Shown: in pieces, positions 59,612 through 64,000 of the stretch
Numbering within the stretch: the first letter of the stretch is position 1
Layout: each line of letters opens with the position of its first letter
Source: a virus
IMG/VR virus record: IMGVR_UViG_3300025872_000001
Length of the DNA: 64,000 bases
Strand: one strand, 5' to 3'
Notes under the pieces: model-generated
Told to the model about the DNA's origin: nothing
What the model saw: only the letters and a program-made list of their open reading frames with translations
Databases searched by the model: none
Made by a program: the position numbers and the translations under genes

Positions 59612-61665
59612 GCAAATATAAATTATATTCTTTCTTGTTTTCATTCGCAGTTCTGCTGGGACTTGTTGCACTGCGCGTGAACGACCCATTTTTTATTGAG
59701 ACTGCTAGACTCAAAACTATTGATTATTATCAACGAACCCAACCAAAGCAAATAAGTGAAAACATTGTTGTGGTTGAGATAGACGAAAAGACTTTGGACA
59801 AAGAAGGTCAGTGGCCCTTTCCAAGACAAACGATTGCAAAAGCAATCAAAAAAGCATTCGATAACCAAGCGCAACTTGTTGTGCTGCCAGTTATCTTCGC
59901 AGAGAAAGATAGATTCAATGGCGACGACGAATTAACAGAAGTGTTAAAAACTTATCCTGTAATCTTGAGTCAGTCTGCCGCAAATAAAGGAAAAGGTCAA
60001 CCCGTTCCAAGAGGAGTTGCGACAATAGGAGAGAACATAAATGATTGGTTATTTGAATACAATGCGGCGATTGGACCGACAAAACAATTAGGTGAAGCTG
60101 CGGCTGGCGTTGGAATGCTTCTAACTGCACCAGAAGTTGATGGCGTAGTTAGAAGATTACCCCTAATCGTACAAATAAACAAAGAATTATATCCAACTAT
60201 ACCACTTGAGATGCTGCGCGTTTTGGCTGGCGATCCAAGCTACCAAGCTAGAATCAATGAAGCTGGAGTGGATGCAGTTAGAATACCCCAATTTAAAACA
60301 ATAAAAACAGATGAGCATGGGCGCGTCTGGATTAATTTTAAATACGAATTCCCATCCTTATCATTTGCTGATGCAGACTGGAGCAAGGTAAAAGACAAGG
60401 TTGTTATGCTTGCCCCTACCGCAGAGGGGTTATCAAACACTGTTGCAACCTCCGTAAATATAAGATATGGTTACGAAATACCGTTGTTTGTAGCTCAAAT
60501 GGTAGCAGATGACGCTAGACTAGAAAGACCCAGCCAATTTAATTTATATGAACTTTTGTATGGATCATTAGCAGGATTAGCCGTAATACTAATGCTTATT
60601 AGCGGACCTTATTGGTTAGCTGGGATTTTTTATGCAGTATTAGTTGCGGCTCCAGTTAAATTCGGATTCATGTCATTTGCCAAAGGTCAATTATTCGACT
60701 ATAGTTGGATAATTATTACGGTATCAGTGTTGTTTATGATCTCCGCTTTCTTGAGATTCATTAGCGAGTTCAAACAAAAACAATTAATTAAAAAACAATT
60801 CGGCACTTATCTTGCCCCAGCACTCGTAGAAAAGTTGCAGAAAAACCCAGGTTTGTTGCGTCTAGGTGGAGATGAACGCGAGCTTTCGATTATGTTTACC
60901 GATGTTCGCGGCTTCACTACAATCTCTGAACACTACGGTAAAAACGTTCAAGGCTTGACTATGATCATGAATAGGTACATGACTGCAATGACCGAATCGA
61001 TATTAAAAAATGACGGCACTTTAGACAAATACATTGGAGATGCACAAATGGCTTTTTGGAACGCTCCGCTTGACGACGCTAATCACGCCAAAAATGCTGT
61101 AAAGACAGCATTAGAGATGCTCAAGCGTCTCGACTCTTTCAATGAAGAAATCTCAAAAGAAGGCGTGCCGCCATTCGGCATGGGACTCGGAATCAATACT
61201 GGGAGCGTTGTCGTTGGTAACATGGGTAGTACACAGCGTTTTGATTATACTTGCTTGGGCGACCATGTTAATCTCGCCTCTAGATTAGAAGGGCAGTCCA
61301 AACCTTACGGAGTTAGAATTATAATCGGCCCCAGAACTGCCGAACATATTAAGAATGATTATCAAACACTTGAGTTGGATTTGATCGCGGTTAAAGGTAA
61401 AAAAGAAGGCGTCAAGATATTCACAGTTCTTGAAAACTCAATGGATGAAGATAAAATAAAACATATTTACAGAATGCACGATGGATTCCTTTGTGATTAC
61501 CGCACTCAGAAGTGGGACAATGCAATTGCTTTGGCAGAAAGCCTCCAGAAGAATAATCCAGAACTGAAAAAATATTACAGTATGATGATTGAAAGAATCG
61601 CGGAACTTCGTGAAAAAGGCTTGACAAAAGATTGGGATGGGGTATATGTTGCTACTTCAAAGTAG
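59608..61665 (+). CDS. CHASE2-domain membrane adenylate cyclase (class III)
   Basis: CHASE2 motifs VVEIDE..L...GQWP.PR and DGVVRR; transmembrane helices; cyclase motifs FTDVRGFT, DKYIGDA, G.GINTG, DYT.LGD.VNLASRLE (Lys/Asp ATP-specificity residues). Confidence 0.93.
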   Translation: MSKYKLYSFLFSFAVLLGLVALRVNDPFFIETARLKTIDYYQRTQPKQISENIVVVEIDEKTLDKEGQWPFPRQTIAKAIKKAFDNQAQLVVLPVIFAEKDRFNGDDELTEVLKTYPVILSQSAANKGKGQPVPRGVATIGENINDWLFEYNAAIGPTKQLGEAAAGVGMLLTAPEVDGVVRRLPLIVQINKELYPTIPLEMLRVLAGDPSYQARINEAGVDAVRIPQFKTIKTDEHGRVWINFKYEFPSLSFADADWSKVKDKVVMLAPTAEGLSNTVATSVNIRYGYEIPLFVAQMVADDARLERPSQFNLYELLYGSLAGLAVILMLISGPYWLAGIFYAVLVAAPVKFGFMSFAKGQLFDYSWIIITVSVLFMISAFLRFISEFKQKQLIKKQFGTYLAPALVEKLQKNPGLLRLGGDERELSIMFTDVRGFTTISEHYGKNVQGLTMIMNRYMTAMTESILKNDGTLDKYIGDAQMAFWNAPLDDANHAKNAVKTALEMLKRLDSFNEEISKEGVPPFGMGLGINTGSVVVGNMGSTQRFDYTCLGDHVNLASRLEGQSKPYGVRIIIGPRTAEHIKNDYQTLELDLIAVKGKKEGVKIFTVLENSMDEDKIKHIYRMHDGFLCDYRTQKWDNAIALAESLQKNNPELKKYYSMMIERIAELREKGLTKDWDGVYVATSK

Positions 61666-61687
61666 AACAACTTAACTGCAAATAAGT

Positions 61688-61939
61688 ATGAAATTTGAGA
61701 TTACTCAGGGTTGTACCGCATATGACTTTACTGTAGACGGAAAACGGTACAATGATCTTCCTTCGGAAGAAAAAGCAAAAATTATCGATCATGTTCTGGC
61801 AAAGGTGAAAGAGCAAATTCTTAATAATAATATGGCGTTTGAAGGAATCATGGAGCATTTTCAATATGATTATCATGAAATTGGCCCTAAATGCGGTCAA
61901 TGCGGAGACTCGGTAAGCAAAACAATCATTACTGTTTAA
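61688..61939 (+). CDS. Hypothetical protein with C-terminal CxxC
   Basis: ORF downstream of TTGACA at 61621. Confidence 0.6.
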   Translation: MKFEITQGCTAYDFTVDGKRYNDLPSEEKAKIIDHVLAKVKEQILNNNMAFEGIMEHFQYDYHEIGPKCGQCGDSVSKTIITV

Positions 61940-62476
61940 ATGATTAATAATGTTTATAAGTTGTCTGAGGAAGAGCGCGCACTTGCTAAAAAACTCGGCA
62001 ATGCTCGCAACAACGCAAAACATGAATCGTTCCGAGATAAAGATCGATTTAAAATTAACAGAGAAAGCGGTTACTCTCATATCCTTGGCATCTCTGCTGA
62101 GATCGCCTACGCAGCTTTAACTAACCAAGAAATCGATACTAAAATTTATGATCTTGGTGATGAGATTGATTTTGATGGTGTTGAAATCAAGGCTGCGACT
62201 TGGCCGCATAAGAATATTGAATTAAAAATTCCTTTTGAAGAATACGAGAAAAAGAATCCTAAAATCTATGTTCTCGCCAGAATCGACAAAAATTACACTA
62301 CAGTTGAATTCATAGGCTCAATCTCAAGAAAAACATTTGATAAGTTGAAGTATTGCAAGAAGCACACCCAAGTGAATAATTGGTGCGTCAACGAAGATCA
62401 AATGTCGAAAGTTCTCGCTTTCTTCAAGGACGGCAAGTACGAGCAAAAAGAATTTAATTCAAAAAAAATCTCTTGA
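61940..62476 (+). CDS. Putative PD-(D/E)XK nuclease-like protein
   Basis: G..AE.A, D....DF.GVEIK. Confidence 0.5.
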   Translation: MINNVYKLSEEERALAKKLGNARNNAKHESFRDKDRFKINRESGYSHILGISAEIAYAALTNQEIDTKIYDLGDEIDFDGVEIKAATWPHKNIELKIPFEEYEKKNPKIYVLARIDKNYTTVEFIGSISRKTFDKLKYCKKHTQVNNWCVNEDQMSKVLAFFKDGKYEQKEFNSKKIS

Positions 62477-62507
62477 CCCCGTTACATTTTGTGTCAGAGT
62501 AAGCACC
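62473..62507 (+). promoter_or_regulatory. Sigma70-type promoter of uvsE (leaderless geometry)
   Basis: TTGACC at 62473, a TGn-extended -10-like element, and ATG 35 nt downstream. Confidence 0.6.
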
Positions 62508-63413
62508 ATGCAACTCGCACTCTGCTGCATCTCCAACGTTCTTGCCGAGCAAGGTTACAAGTTCCAAACTATGACCTTGACTCGCTTCTTGTCGCTACCC
62601 CGTGCCGACGCTATTCGCACTCTCAGTGACCGCATCCTCAACAACTTTGTTGTCACCAATCGCATCATTCAGCATTGCGCCGACACCGGCATTGCTGGCT
62701 ACCGCTTGTCGTCCACGCTTACTCCTGTCATCGACCATCCTGACGTTAATCTTCGTCTCGACCAATTGCCCAACTGGTCTGACCTTCGCGCTGCTCTCGA
62801 CACCATCGCCGCTACTATCAAACGCACTGGTGTTCGCATTTCCGCGCATCCTTCAGAGTTCATCACTCTAACCAGCACTGACGACGCCGCTATCACCAAC
62901 AGCATTCGCGATCTCACTGCTCACGCTGACCTTTTCGACTTGCTCGACCTACCACTCGACTATCGCTCACCTCTCAACATTCATTGCCGTCAAGACGGCG
63001 ACCCTGCTGTTATCTCTGCTCGTTTCCTTTCCAACTTCAATCGTTTACCAGCCAATGTTCGCTCTCGTCTTGTGCTAGAGGTCAACGACAACGTTGACGG
63101 CACTTGGTCTGTATCCAACTTGCACAAGTATTTCTTCGTTCCTGCTGGCATTCCCATCACCTACGATTCCCTGCACCGTCAGTTCTGCAATCACGGCAAC
63201 GACGATGCCGCAGACTTTCACCTCGCCTACTCCACTTGGCCCACAATTCCTTTGTTTCATTATTCAGAAGGTATTGACAATACCCGCAAACACGCTATGA
63301 TGCCTCTCAATTCACCCAACAACTATGGCAAGCCCGTGTTCTTCGACGTAGAACTCAAAGGCAAAGACCATGCAATTTATCACATCCTCAACAATGCAAA
63401 CAAAAATCAATAA
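62508..63413 (+). CDS. uvsE: UV DNA damage endonuclease (UvsE/UVDE)
   Basis: LCCIS, YRLSS, RISAHPSEF..L.S, NIH, RLVLEVND, PITYD.LH, TW...PLFHYSE, H, DVELKGKD.A. Confidence 0.9.
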   Translation: MQLALCCISNVLAEQGYKFQTMTLTRFLSLPRADAIRTLSDRILNNFVVTNRIIQHCADTGIAGYRLSSTLTPVIDHPDVNLRLDQLPNWSDLRAALDTIAATIKRTGVRISAHPSEFITLTSTDDAAITNSIRDLTAHADLFDLLDLPLDYRSPLNIHCRQDGDPAVISARFLSNFNRLPANVRSRLVLEVNDNVDGTWSVSNLHKYFFVPAGIPITYDSLHRQFCNHGNDDAADFHLAYSTWPTIPLFHYSEGIDNTRKHAMMPLNSPNNYGKPVFFDVELKGKDHAIYHILNNANKNQ

Positions 63414-63738
63414 AGTTAGAGACCAAATTGTCAGTAAGCTCAATGAACTCGGTATCGAATTCTCCATAGAAGACATGGAGATCGAAAAGGCAGATTTTTC
63501 TGCCAAGCTAACTGGATACAAAATCGTTGCGACTAACTTGATGGGCTGTATCGTTCCAAACTTTCATAAGAAGCGCCCCGAATATTTAATCTTTAATGAC
63601 AAATTGGTTTCTCACCTCATTTCTGAAGGTTACGACGACACCTACATTGAGGAGCATGGCAAGATTTGGACTCACCTTTTCAAGCAGTCAGATTTCGTGG
63701 AAGTATTTAAGGAAGCCCATACATTTAAATTTAATTAA
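63394..63738 (+). CDS. Hypothetical protein
   Basis: ORF overlapping the end of uvsE. Confidence 0.6.
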   Translation: MQTKINKVRDQIVSKLNELGIEFSIEDMEIEKADFSAKLTGYKIVATNLMGCIVPNFHKKRPEYLIFNDKLVSHLISEGYDDTYIEEHGKIWTHLFKQSDFVEVFKEAHTFKFN

Positions 63739-63740
63739 AA

Positions 63741-63986
63741 ATGAATCGCACTCTTTTATTTTCCTCTGTCAACGTACAAGAGATTTACAAGCTCTACGAA
63801 ATTTTGAACGCTGAGTTCTTGAAGAGGTTCAAGTTCTCCGCAGAGTTCCGAATCACCACCGTTTCTTCCTCGCGAGAGTTTTCTCTTTCTGTGGAAGATG
63901 CTTCTGAAGAAGAGCGTAACTGGTTGAAGGACGCGACCTTAAAAATTCTCGAAAGAAAGTTTGAAAAAGTAGTTGACGAAACGTGA
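63741..63986 (+). CDS. Hypothetical protein
   Basis: 81-aa ORF; TTGACG of the next promoter is at 63973. Confidence 0.55.
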   Translation: MNRTLLFSSVNVQEIYKLYEILNAEFLKRFKFSAEFRITTVSSSREFSLSVEDASEEERNWLKDATLKILERKFEKVVDET

Positions 63987-64000
63987 TCCCTGTGGCATTC

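Noticed and set aside
62595-63300. Several overlapping alternative ORFs in uvsE
   Set aside because: They are explained by stop-codon scarcity in this compositionally skewed gene; no motifs.

Overview
This window is a gene-dense, AT-rich segment of a large tailed dsDNA bacteriophage, read in the standard genetic code. It is probably siphovirus-like, given a lambda L-K-I-J-type tail tip. In order it contains: (1) the 3' part of a collagen-like fibre gene ending in an S74 intramolecular chaperone, missed by the ORF track, followed by 2OG-Fe(II) oxygenases and glycosyltransferases; (2) a minus-strand block of Hsp20, a glycosyltransferase, SSB, a sigma factor and dUTPase; (3) an unusual hairpin plus poly-G intergenic tract at the strand switch; (4) auxiliary genes (ferritin-like protein, guaC, gmd, a TpsA/haemagglutinin-type exoprotein, thyX); (5) a replication module (RecA, DnaB, primase, PD-(D/E)XK nuclease, DnaE split into PHP, exonuclease and core genes), a Clp ATPase and class Ia RNR; (6) tail-tip genes on the minus strand, with J split and carbohydrate-binding insertions; (7) a deaminase and a T4 beta-glucosyltransferase-like gene; (8) a five-gene CsgF-CsgG-curlin-like-FecR-CHASE2/adenylate cyclase operon; (9) a UvsE UV-damage endonuclease gene. 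The most striking observations are the near-absence of dipyrimidines on the uvsE template strand (an apparently UV-hardened repair gene), the curli-secretion/cAMP signalling operon, the G-quadruplex/hairpin locus, and two promoter classes that appear to produce leaderless mRNAs. All calls come from motif recognition by eye; no database searches were run.
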